A DNA stretch of 64,000 nucleotides, taken from the NCBI GenBank assembly GCA_037379345.1, contig CM074519.1, positions 38,280,103 through 38,344,102 on the forward strand, in the 5' to 3' direction. Position numbers and translations under genes: made by a program. Of this stretch, positions 52,856-64,000 are shown piece after piece; the stretch's first letter is position 1, and each line of letters begins with the position of its first letter. This stretch comes from Perna viridis (Eukaryota). The notes beneath the pieces were generated by a model. It ran no database searches and was not told the origin of the DNA. It saw only the letters and a list, made by a program, of their open reading frames with translations.

Positions 52856-54023
52856 TCAAAATCGTCCCTGTATAAGTCTTTCACGAACACGTGGCCTGTC
52901 TTCAAAGGTCCATTGTATGCTGGCCCGGCTGTATGTCCATGGTCACGGAATCCGTCTATGTCTAGTGGTAAAGGTAATCTGTTATCTATGCGAAGATTGT
53001 GTAAAAAAGCTACAGCAACAAAAATGTTACAACACATTAACACTGAATACAACAGAGTACCAGCACTAGTGTCAATACAGCGAAAGCGCGCTTTCAATAC
53101 CCCAAAGCTTCTCTCAAAAACATTTCTTGTTCTCATGTGTGCCGCATTGTAACTTTGTTGTTTTCTGGTTGTTGGATTGAGTACAGGTGTAAACAACCAA
53201 GGCCTTAAAGGATACCCACTATCTCCAAGTAACCATTCGTCAGAAATTGAAATCACAAACACTAGAGTTAGACCAAATAAAGGCATCATGGGTTGCTCCT
53301 GGCAACTGAGAGACAATGCATCATGGGTTGCTCCTGGCCACTGAGAGACAATGCATCATGGGTTGCTCCCGGCCACTGAGAGACAATGCATCATGGGTTG
53401 CTCCTGGCCACTGAGAGACAATGCATCATGGGTTGCTCCTGGCCACTGAGAGACGACGTTCAAAAATTTCAAATTTGCTTCACAATTCCTTGCACATTGA
53501 TGGAATGAAATTTTTTACAATTAACATATATACGTCCGTCCTCTGGTGGAGATTTTATTAGCATATGAGTTCCATCGACGGCTCCTACTACATTAGGAAA
53601 GTCTGAAATTTCATAGAATCCACGTTTTATTATGTCTAAACTTGCTACGTCTGTAGGCATAATGATATGCTGGTTGCAAACTCTTACTAAACGTTGTGTT
53701 ACGTCTCGTACACGTCTTGAAACGCTCGTACGAGAAATGTTATGCACATCAGCATTTACAAGCTGAAAACTCCCCGTTGAATAGAACCGCGAGGCTGTCA
53801 ATATCTGAAGAGAAACGGCCAATTCGCAGGACCTCGTTGTTGGTCTTTGCAACTCATTATCAAATCTTCTATACAAATCTAGAATCATAGGACGTGACAA
53901 TTTGTACCTAGGTACGATTTAGAAGTCATCTAAATGATCCACAGGATTGTTACAGTCCCTAAGCAGTCTATTTCGACGAATATTTTGGTGCCTTCTTATC
54001 ATGCACACAAACACCGCAGCCAT
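52856..54023 (-). pseudogene. Harbinger (HARBI1-like) DDE transposase pseudogene
   Basis: Motifs FPNVVGAVDGTH, HSINVQ, WPGATHD, LLGDSGY, ERSFGVLKARFRC, AFLHN; premature TAA at 53921-53919, frameshifts near 53490 and 53250, and a 35-bp tandem expansion. Confidence 0.92.
53283..53454. repeat. 35-bp tandem repeat x5 inside the Harbinger transposase
   Basis: gcatcatgggttgctcctggccactgagagacaat starting at 53283, 53318, 53353, 53388 and 53423. Confidence 0.97.
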
Positions 54024-57000
54024 ATTTGTTTACAATTTATTCTACTGAAACGTGTCCTAAAGTTAAGAGGGATAAGTTGAACCTAAAGTTAGGACGGTTA
54101 AAAGATAATCCTAAGACACCTATTTAGTCGTCCTAAAGTTAGGATGAAAATTGCGATTCGTCTTAACTTATAATGGCTTCGAGAACACGACTTAGGACGA
54201 ATAGAGACGAATACTAAGATAGTCGTAGGACACGTCTTATCCCTAAGATAGCTTCGAGAATCGCACCCCTGGTCTTATAATCTATATACATGAATTTAAC
54301 CTATGACAGTGGCTGAATTCAATCAGATCGGATGTGATCTGCTGCAAATCACGTGGTGCGAATTCGGAAGTTTAACATATATTACAATTCGTAATAAGCC
54401 TACAAGATCTTGAAAGATAAAGCCTCTCTAGCATACAACGTCCTCTTACAGGTTACACCTGACTCTTATTATGGTAAACTGGCCGGACTAAGCATGCATA
54501 TAATGTGGTTTTCTACGCTGCCAATGACAATAAGTCATTACTTAAAGACAAGTAAGCATATTACTTTAAAGATGATTTCTAGACATATACATGTATACCT
54601 GTCTGTACCTTTTCAGAAAAATTATTTTAAAAAGTTATTATGCGGTAGATGAGGGACATAGTAAAAATTCTATAACTGCTTTTACTTTCATTTAAAGTAA
54701 ACTTCAAATAAACCTTTATGAAGAGTGCACCCTTTTCTTTTTATATGGCGATTACAACCATCATAATTATTAAAAATGAAAGGCTTCTTAGTTTATTAGA
54801 ACGTCATTATTACATGTCTGAGTCTGCGAGCTGTACCGACATGTTTCAGTTAATGTTTTAAAATTTCAAAATTATAACGAGCATTTTAAATCCATTACTT
54901 GAAAGAATAAAAATTTTGATATGCGACTTCGTCATAAAAAGACATGCTGATCATATTGCAAACGTCGCTTTAATGAAACAAAATACTGAAAGCTTCTCTA
55001 ATTTGGGACTTTAATGGGAAAAGATATTGAAGGTTCTTTGTAACTAAGTCCATTAAAAGGTAGATCTCTGTAGCCTGTTTTGAAGAAGATTTCGGATGTT
55101 TCCTAATGAGACTGACCTGAGTGACACTGTTATTTCCGAACATATTACATCTATTTCTATATTTTTTACTTTGATTTCTAAAAAGGTAAAAATTTGAGAG
55201 GCGTGCAAATATATTAAGGCTCTAAAACAGAAAAAAATGCAGTTTATCGAACATACTAACTTCACTAACTTTTAAAGTGGTTTGATTAATAAGAGTAAAA
55301 GAAATTGACCATGGACCATGTGCACCGGTAGAGGAAGCGTCCTTATTGTCATTTAACAATATTTTTACAATTAACACAAATTGTCTGCTTGTAGTTGTTA
55401 ATTTCAGCTGTATAATACATGTATCTGATTCACTCTATGAAGCAAATGTTAGTTTTATGCTGTTTTCGAGAGAAATTCATTAGATCTTCAAGAGTAAGCT
55501 GACAAGCATATCCATATTGCTGTATTTTTGTTAGAAATTCAGTTTAGACTATTACGGTACTGGACTGCAACGTTGGAATCATAGGAAGCCTCGCATTATA
55601 GTTGATTTTTCTATCTTTTTCGATAAACGTAAAAGATTTCAACGTGTATTTCATTCAAATTTTAAAATTTCTCATCAGATTTAGATAAAATAGAACAGAT
55701 AATTGGCAAATTAGTGACGGTTTGAACAGGCATTCCGGAAATCCATTAGTTGTACATTATAGGTGGCAACGTATTTATACAAAACGCAATAACAAATTAT
55801 TCTTTGCAAACAAAGAAAACGATGTTGTGTGATTTTAGATAGATTTTATTCCCTAAGTTCTCCAGAAAATATGGCCTTAAAAACAAAATGCTATCTCTCT
55901 CCATTGAGGCGTTAAATTCATTTACATTTATAGCATTCCCTGGAGGCGGAACCCCATGTTTGGTCACGAAACTTGAGGTGAAGAGTTGTTTGTAAATAGC
56001 AACCATAGAAGCCCTTTCTCTAGGATGTAAAGTTAGTTTGGCATATAAAGTTCCTCTAAGTTTAGCAATTTACAGTTAAGATGATTCTCAAGAGACCGTT
56101 CGTGCTATACAATACCACTTAACACGGCTAAAAGAAGTATTTCAAACTCCGAGCTAATGTTCGTTGATTTAAAGCCTATTTGGTTGGTGTGAAATCTCGG
56201 TTTATTCCGTCTCTGAAAAACCGTGAAACAGGCCTCTATGGACAATTTTGGTGACAAAAGCAATTTTCAGTTATTCAAAAGTATTCGACAGTTTGAGTGG
56301 AATGAATTGGTGAAAACAGATAAATTTGACTTAGACATCCAAGTTTTACGTGAACAAGAGTAATTTGTGTCTATTTTCAATATCTAGTTATACTAACGAC
56401 CAATCAGACTCGTCGTTAAGGAGGGCGATAATTTGTTTGATACGTCTTGCAGCGAATGAAGATGAATGTTTATTTCAAAAAGGTCTTTTACTTCGCTTCG
56501 TATTACATTACGTTAGGATAATAAAGTTTCATTGTAAAATCTAGTTCACCACTAAACCGGCAAAGATTTTCAATAAAGTTTCAACTGATGGATATATATC
56601 TATTGGTTAAGAAATCTATCACATACAAAATACATTAAAAGAGTGCATTGAAATGTGTTCAAATCCAATACAAAGAAATGTTTGCTATAATATGAAAAAT
56701 AAACAGTACACAATTCAAGTGATTTCTAGACACCGTTCACTCTGTCTCTCATGAGGAAATGTTTGTCTTCAAATAAATTTGTCGCGTTTTCTGTGTTTCG
56801 TATAACGTGTAAAGAGATTAGACTATAAGTAAGTCAACTCGTTCGCATTATAACAATCATGTCGACGGACACACTGACAAAAGTTTCCCATATTCGGTAC
56901 ACAATGGCGGCATGAGTGCTGTCACTTTGATAAACTTGTATCATATTTCTGTGTATTACTTATGTAACAAACGAACGTTTTGCGTCTTTAGAACTAATTC

Positions 57001-58326
57001 GCTGTCTACCTCATAAATTCTGTGATCAATTACATGTAATTATTTCGTTACATTATAACCATTACAGCTTACAAGCAATTTCGGGTAGCGGCATGATACG
57101 TCTTATTTGGCGGAGAGACCGTTTTGACACCGTCTGCGCAGACGTGGCGCCGATGTACATCACGTGCAGTCGGTAATTGTCGTCTGTTGTTTGATGCAAA
57201 ACTGAGTGCAACAACAATACAACATTTTATGTTTTATTTGTGGGTATGATGTTTGATAGTTTATTGATACATAATAGATGTTTTTTGCTGTTTTGTGGTA
57301 ATTTCTATGTCAAGAGAACCGCTGAATATCAATTACTGATACGGTTATGATGACCCGCTAACAACCACCTTATTAACATGTCAACTAAATAGATTGTTTT
57401 ACTCAAGTCCTGTTACACACTTAAGATATTGGGCAGCAATAAAGAAAAACAAACAAATAATGGGTTTTACTTGTTGAATAATGGTCTTATTAATGTTATG
57501 CAAAAAAAGCTGGGCGATTTTACATATCATCAAAAATGAAACTGTGAACTTAAAATACATGACATGAATGTTCATGTACAAAAAATTTATAATTGTGATA
57601 AAACTGTGAAACTGCGTGAAATTTCAACAACTAATGAGATTATGATAACTACATATGTATATTTGTATCTTAGAAACTGAGCAGATATACAACACATATA
57701 ATTATATCATCCTCAAGAAAAAAAGTGACAGCGATGCGTAATTATTATTTGCGAGAAAAAAATCTGTAATGTTTAGATTTGATTCAATCTTACCCGTTTC
57801 TAATTGGCGAAATAAACATGACAAGTAAAACAATTGAAGAAAGTACAAAACATCCTCAAAAAAGTACAATTTGTGAATTTTAAATGTAGAAATGCGTGTT
57901 TCTTGTTTTTATATTGTATCATTGATTTTTTATTTCCCTGTCCGGCGTATATTAATAATATTTTTTTGACACGAAAATTGATACCAATCATACAAACAAT
58001 AGCTCTGTTTCTCCGTATACATATTGCCTGTAGATTTGTCACATCATTAGCGATTTCTAAGTGAAATTTATCACCGTATTAATTTTAATAGATCACTCTT
58101 TTAGCTGTTAATGGGAATGTAGTCGCCAAGAACCTGTTAAACACCTCATGGTGTACATCTGGCGAAAATGATGTTCACCTTTATCAAATTCTAGAAAGCT
58201 AATTCACTTCGTTGGTCGCCGATCCTACAAAAAGTGTGATACTAAGAATATCCTACCAAACCCAATCGAAGGCAATATCATTAGCTCTGAACAAATAATA
58301 AACATATTATACATCGCAATAAACAC

Positions 58327-58519
58327 CAGTGGTGGATCCAGGGGGTGGAGGGGGGTTGGCACCCCTTCCTTGTTATCAGAAAAATTTTCATGTGTAAAAT
58401 TGAAAATAAAATAGTAAATAATGTTCTAGCAGATTCAGATTCAGGTTTAGATTTTCCCTTTTTTTTCTGAGGAACCTCGTCTGACATCCCTCCTTTTCAA
58501 AGCGTCTGGATCCGTCCTG
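58327..58519. mobile_element. Small MITE with CAG...GGATCCAG termini (hAT-like)
   Basis: cagtggtggatccag ... ctggatccgtcctg; no clear TSD. Confidence 0.55.
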
Positions 58520-60854
58520 AATGCAGTTAGTGAATATAACAGAAATAGCTAATAAACACAGAAAGCTAAAAAACAACATGAAGAAAACAATACATCATTG
58601 CAAAACAATAGAGAAAAAGATGGGATGAAATAGATAAAATAAAAATATACGTATATATCTTCTTTCATTCATATTTTCCTTTTCGTTGATTCATTATATA
58701 TATATTGTATTTATTATTGTATCGATCTTGTTAGACCTCTGTGCGCATCTTCCTGACATATATCTGTTTCATGCTTCACATAATAACTGTACAGTTTCTG
58801 TTCATAATAGGCAAACGTAAGCCCGCTTTGATAACTATATATCTATCCATATCATGTGTGCTTGTTTCTAAGGATAATGATTAATCATTATACTTCGTCT
58901 ATTATTACCTATAGGAAAGATAGAGAAGCGTTTTGAGGACTGGAACCCAATTTTTGTTGCCACAATTGTATCCATTTTGTGCAAAAAATGGGAAAAAGGA
59001 GCAATTGAGATTTCTGTGTCAGTATCCACCAATTCAATTAGTTGACCTCTCCCCCCACCCCCACAACAAACATACCAATAGTTGTTTTTCAGTCATCGGG
59101 GTGATTATTTATACCTATATATTTGTCCGAGTAAAGTTCTATACCAATAAAAATTGGCCTACGTTAGGGTGTGAGTAGGATCGTTCTTATAAACCTGACC
59201 TTGAAATACTTGGGAAAACAGTGCTGTAGGACCGATACATTTTATAAAATTGCTGTGTTTGTAATACTTCAGAATGTATTGATATACAAGCATGTACCAT
59301 ATAAATGGTTTTACTGTATGAACTCTAGTGGGAATTGCAATACACACCAAACTCGTGGATTTGACACTTAAAGATTTATAATAGGATTAGAAGATTAGGA
59401 TAATAATTGTTAAAGGATTAGGTGATTAACTTATCTAAATGAACAGCTTTTGTTAAATGATAGGCCAATTTTCGTGTCAAAATACACCCCGGGTAACATT
59501 AAAAGTTCTTTTTTTTTTTCGTGTCAATTATGAAAAACAGAAGCGATAATACATTGATCAATCACGGAGACACACCATTTAGGATTCTAAGGATATAAAA
59601 ATATCAATTTTTTTAATTTTTCCTCGAGATTCCTACTAGTTAATCTAAATCATTTTTTTCCCTGTTTTCATATCCCCGTCATATATTCTGTTTTCATATC
59701 CCCGTCATATATTCTGTTTTCCAGTTATAATATATCTACAGCGAACCATATAGATAAAAGCAAAAATGAAAAAGCTTGGATAGAAGAACAAGACATGAAA
59801 ACACGAAAGGAAAATACATTAAAAGGTTAATAAGTCATAGGAGAAGAAAAGTATCGAGTAAAACACAAGAATACAAATTAGTGGTGAATTTATCCTATCA
59901 TTCTACACCATGATAAAAAACGATTTCTAAAAGCAGCAATATTTACTTGTTTTTCACCATTTTGATCACCAGTGGCGTTAGATATCATGGCGGAGGTTCA
60001 ATATACAACAAAGCAGAATATGTAATTCAACGATATAATGAAGAACTCTCCAACGTTGGTTGCTGTCATCTTAGAACCAAAATTGCTTTCATAACTTCAA
60101 TTCATAAAATTACCTGAACATTTTGTAATAATTGAAAGCTGTGGATAAAGGAATGATTTTATATTACATGGCAATTAGTTTTGAAACTAAATCTTTATGG
60201 TATTCATTTCATGCGATGCTTCTGTTGAACCGACAAAGGAAAAGGTTCTAATCATGCCGATTGACATCAGACCCCAGCAGAAATTAAAATTTTCATTTTA
60301 TGTTTTTGCTATTTGCGTAGAAGTAATGAATAACTTCATTAGTCTATAAATTGCTAACTCTAGCAACAAAAAACAATGGCATATGAACGAGAATTGACAT
60401 ATACCGTGTTGCTTTAATCAGGTTCCCAGTTCGGGAACCAGTAAAATCGTCAGGCTCCTTTCCTAAACTGGCAAGTCAAATCATTAAACATTTAGATTAG
60501 GGCTCTTTTATTGTCGGCATGACAATCAGAATTAATTTGAAAACTCTAAGACTGGAGTTGTATTCTTCTCTTTATGAGTAATAAATTCTGAGAAAATATT
60601 GTTTTTGTAGTAAAACCTATAGATACTCTGTTTTGTTGTCCTTTGTGAAACTTAGACTTTATAGCCTCAGCATCGGTTTTCCCATACATGCTGAGGCTGG
60701 AAATACCTTGGAATTTATTTTGAGTGATTCTGCCACAAAGCGAAAAGATTTATAATATCCTTTTATTATCAAAGAAAAGAACGGATTATAAAGACACGAA
60801 GAATAAGAGTTTTTTTCTCGTTATTTGTGAAAAGTGTGACATGAGGAGATCAGA

Positions 60855-61002
60855 CAACTTCCCTGGAGAAGATACATCCCAATACAAGGAGAAACTTCCC
60901 AGGAGAAGACCCATGAACTATAGTTGGTTTCTCATTGTGAAGGAGAAACTTCCCTGGAGGAGACCCATGAACTATAGTTGGTTTCTAACTGTAAAGGAGA
61001 AA
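60855..61002. repeat. 54-bp tandem duplication (2 full copies plus a partial)
   Basis: aaggagaaacttccc(a/t)ggag(a/g)agacccatgaactatagttggtttct at 60886 and 60940. Confidence 0.88.
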
Positions 61003-62319
61003 AAAATGCTAAAAAAAGTATATAGGCCAATGAAATTACATTTAATCGTCGAAAAGAATTAAACGAAAACTTAACACATATGTGTTATCAAGGGGCCATG
61101 TAAATGAAAGTATCATAAGAAATGTCTTAGGAATAAAAATTAGGGTGGTCTTCGGAGGTGTCTGAGACACGTCCTACGATGTAAACCGATGCTATCTTTG
61201 GATGATCCTTGCTATGATCATCCTAAGTTATTTTTAATACGACGTTACGTTTATTATGATTTAATGTCGGATAATTATTAAAAACTGAAAAGTGAATATA
61301 TTGAAAAGGGGTATAATAAGGACATATCTTAAATTAGGATACTTTTGTTGACATGATTTAGGAAAAAGATCTGTCATAGGACCATCGTAAGACACGGCAC
61401 CGGGTTTCATTAACAAAGTCATGGTAATACGGTTCATCGGAAATTGAAGACAATGTTCTCTGCATATTAAAATTAAGTTCATTCAGGTATCGTTTCATGT
61501 ATTGTCTCAGAGCACGGTGTTGTTAATAATAAGCACTGGTTCCGGTTTTTACAAATGATTTCTACTTATTTCCATGAATAATCAATTTTATGGAAATAAT
61601 ATTTCATTCGTAACAAGATTTGTTAGATGACATATATATTCTTTATAATGTAATATGATTACAGCAGATATCATATTCATCGTCTTAAAAGGTACTAACA
61701 TTTGAAAGTCTATCGTCCAGATTTAGCCATGTAATCATTGGGCTAAGTTTTCTCCCCGGTATTGGCTCAAAGGCTGTTTTGAGTGTCACATTCAATTACT
61801 TTGTTATGAAAACCATTATAAGAGTGAAAATTATACGACAATTTTGTCGTATTATTCACAGTGGGTTTAACTAATGACCGTATATTAAGTGATAAACAAA
61901 TCTGTACAACACTGACCACGAAACTCAAACAATGTGTGGACAATACTAGAGTAGGCGCCTAATGTCAGCTTCGTGGATCGTTGGTCTTTCTGATGGTCAT
62001 TTAGAGCCTCAAGTTTTCTTTGTTTGTCACAGTTGTTCTCACTAACTTGCATGGCTGAAGAATATCTGACAAGAGGTGTCTCCCCTGTCGTCTACCGATT
62101 CCCGAATGACTGACATATCACTCAGGATTTGAATTCCAAAACAACAGCAATCTAATTATTATTATTATTATTATCAAGAAGGAAAAGTGGCTTTAAAATA
62201 ATCCCAGTAGATATGATTTCTCGTGCAATTGTAAACATTACAATTTAGAAAAAAAAATCTATGATTTTTCTGTCTTCATTACCGCAGCAGACGTTTTGAT
62301 AGCCCATGTGGTAGCAAGG

Positions 62320-62367
62320 GTAATCAAGGGAACCAAGGTTATAGCGGTAATCAAAAGAATGCAATCC
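62320..62367 (-). mobile_element. Severely truncated copy (48 bp) of the retroposon-like repeat
   Basis: gtaatcaagggaaccaaggttatagcggtaatcaaaagaatgcaatcc is nearly identical to the terminus of copies A and B. Confidence 0.8.
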
Positions 62368-64000
62368 AATTTCTACAAAGAAAAAAACGTTTATTCAAAC
62401 TGCAGAAAATCAACTTTAAAAAGCATGGTAAAACTTATTTCAGAGTGACAATCTACAAGACCGGTCGGGTCCTCCTTGTCCCCTGTTTACGAAGTGTTAC
62501 TGTGAATAGCCCAGGGTCAGTACAGGACAGATGATAATGAGATAATCGACAAAACAAACAAAGTCATTAATCTCATCGTTAACCAGGATTGAAAACAAGT
62601 TTATCGACCGAGTGATTTTCTCCCCCACAAGACCGTTCAGATTTACCACGGGCAATTTAAGCCAATTTTCTATTGAGCATGTTTAATATTGACATATCGT
62701 TGATTGCTCAGTTGACATTTTTACAGAAATTTATTTTCATATTGAAAAGCAAGTTGTATTTTATTGTGTCTTACATGTACCCAGGCGCTTCCAATCCATC
62801 AAAATATGCGAATAGAACTAGTACCTTTATTGTTGTATCAATACTTGTAATATAGGCCTTTCGTGTGGTTTACAAAACATTTTCTTCGTTATTCTGGTTT
62901 GCTTTTGTTGGTATTAAAGCATACAAATATATTGTTTTTATTTCGGTGTCGCATATCAGATATACAAATATTCAGCCTTTATTATTCTGTATATTATTCT
63001 CCATTATTTTGCAAAGTATGTTTAAAAAATATTTTTTTATTTGCAACTCACCCTATCCTAATCTGAAAATTTGTTGTTGTTGTTCTGTTTTGATTTTTGT
63101 TTTGAGTTTTGTTTTGTTTTGTTTTGATAAAAAAAAACTTTCGACCATTATTACGTTCAGTTATAACGTAGAATCTGGACTCGCACAAAACACACTGACG
63201 ATATGGTTCTTTCGAGTTTCATTTCAAATCAAAGTTTAGCATTACATTCAAATGTCGTTTACTTTTTGTTTTCTTCTTTCCTATGGCAATTTGTATCGAT
63301 TTTTTGTACATTCTGCAGACGATATTATATTTTTCTCTTCTGCTATGACGTATAATTCCTTTGATTTATTTAATAGTCTGTGGGTAGAGGTTTTACACCT
63401 CCTTGCTGAAGAGGTTTATCAAAGCGTTTGGTGCGGTTTTGTACACAAATCAAACCCGTAAAGTGAAAAATAAAATTTTCATAACGCTACTTAGTTTTGA
63501 AGATAAATATATCGTTTTTGAAGTTGTGATTGGAGCAAAGATATGGGAGAGATTGTCTAAACACTGATAAAATCACAGCCCCTTTCCACTCTTTGTCCTG
63601 GGAAACCTGTTCAGATTTAATAGAAATCCTCTTCATCATTTGTTTAAATGAAAATTCACTTGTGGTGGGTTAATGGTCGTTTTGTGACCAGATTGAGCGC
63701 TGTTTGAGTGGAGAGATTTAAGATTGTTGGCTCTTTTCGTGTGTGTTTCACTTTGAGGTTTCATTTTACGACAAACAACAGATTTGATATTAGTACAGTA
63801 CTTGATATTAACACACACGAGTTGTCGTCCTTTGTATATTTTTTTTTCTTTCTATGACACTAGACAAACGAAGAAAATGTCATTTATTTTTTTAATTTTA
63901 ATTCCAGTCAGCAAACCGAGCAATATTAAATTTGTCTGTCGCGGAATCTTATTACGACGATTAAAAAATCAGTCGAAAGACCTTTAAAATCTTACGAATT

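Larger units (their letters stand above)
52192..54268 (-). mobile_element. PIF/Harbinger DNA transposon, 2077 bp, defective
   Basis: TIRs gggtggagttctcgaagctatc / reverse complement gggtgcgattctcgaagctatc; 3-bp TSD CTG (52189-52191 and 54269-54271); HARBI1-like transposase inside. Confidence 0.92.

Noticed and set aside
55797-56006. 69-aa minus-strand ATG ORF
   Set aside because: No recognisable domain or partner exons.
61120-61240. Weak resemblance to Harbinger subterminal sequence (tgtctgaga, gatgatcctt)
   Set aside because: The matches are too short, with no TIR pair or TSD.

Overview
This is AT-rich eukaryotic genomic DNA. The repeat content suggests a bivalve mollusc, possibly an oyster (inference). 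The first half holds one complete intron-rich gene on the + strand, a BCAS3 (PHAF2/Rudhira) orthologue. I assembled it by hand as 22 coding exons from ATG 1091 to TGA 34366, all with GT-AG introns and consistent phases (2697 nt, 898 aa). A perfect CLEAR/E-box palindrome, a CRE and ETS sites lie upstream. The introns contain four minisatellites, several Helentron/HINE-like elements, MITEs, a 1474-bp hAT deletion derivative inserted into a splice donor, a decayed LINE-like remnant, and copies of a short structured retroposon-like repeat. The second half is mostly non-coding and repeat-rich, with a 135-N gap and a full-length but inactivated PIF/Harbinger transposon (52192-54268). I found no convincing new multi-gene system. 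The most unusual observations concern repeated duplication of, and insertion into, BCAS3 5' splice-donor regions, the 35-bp amplification of a transposase catalytic motif, and a candidate alternative last exon. All family assignments come from recalled motifs, not database searches.
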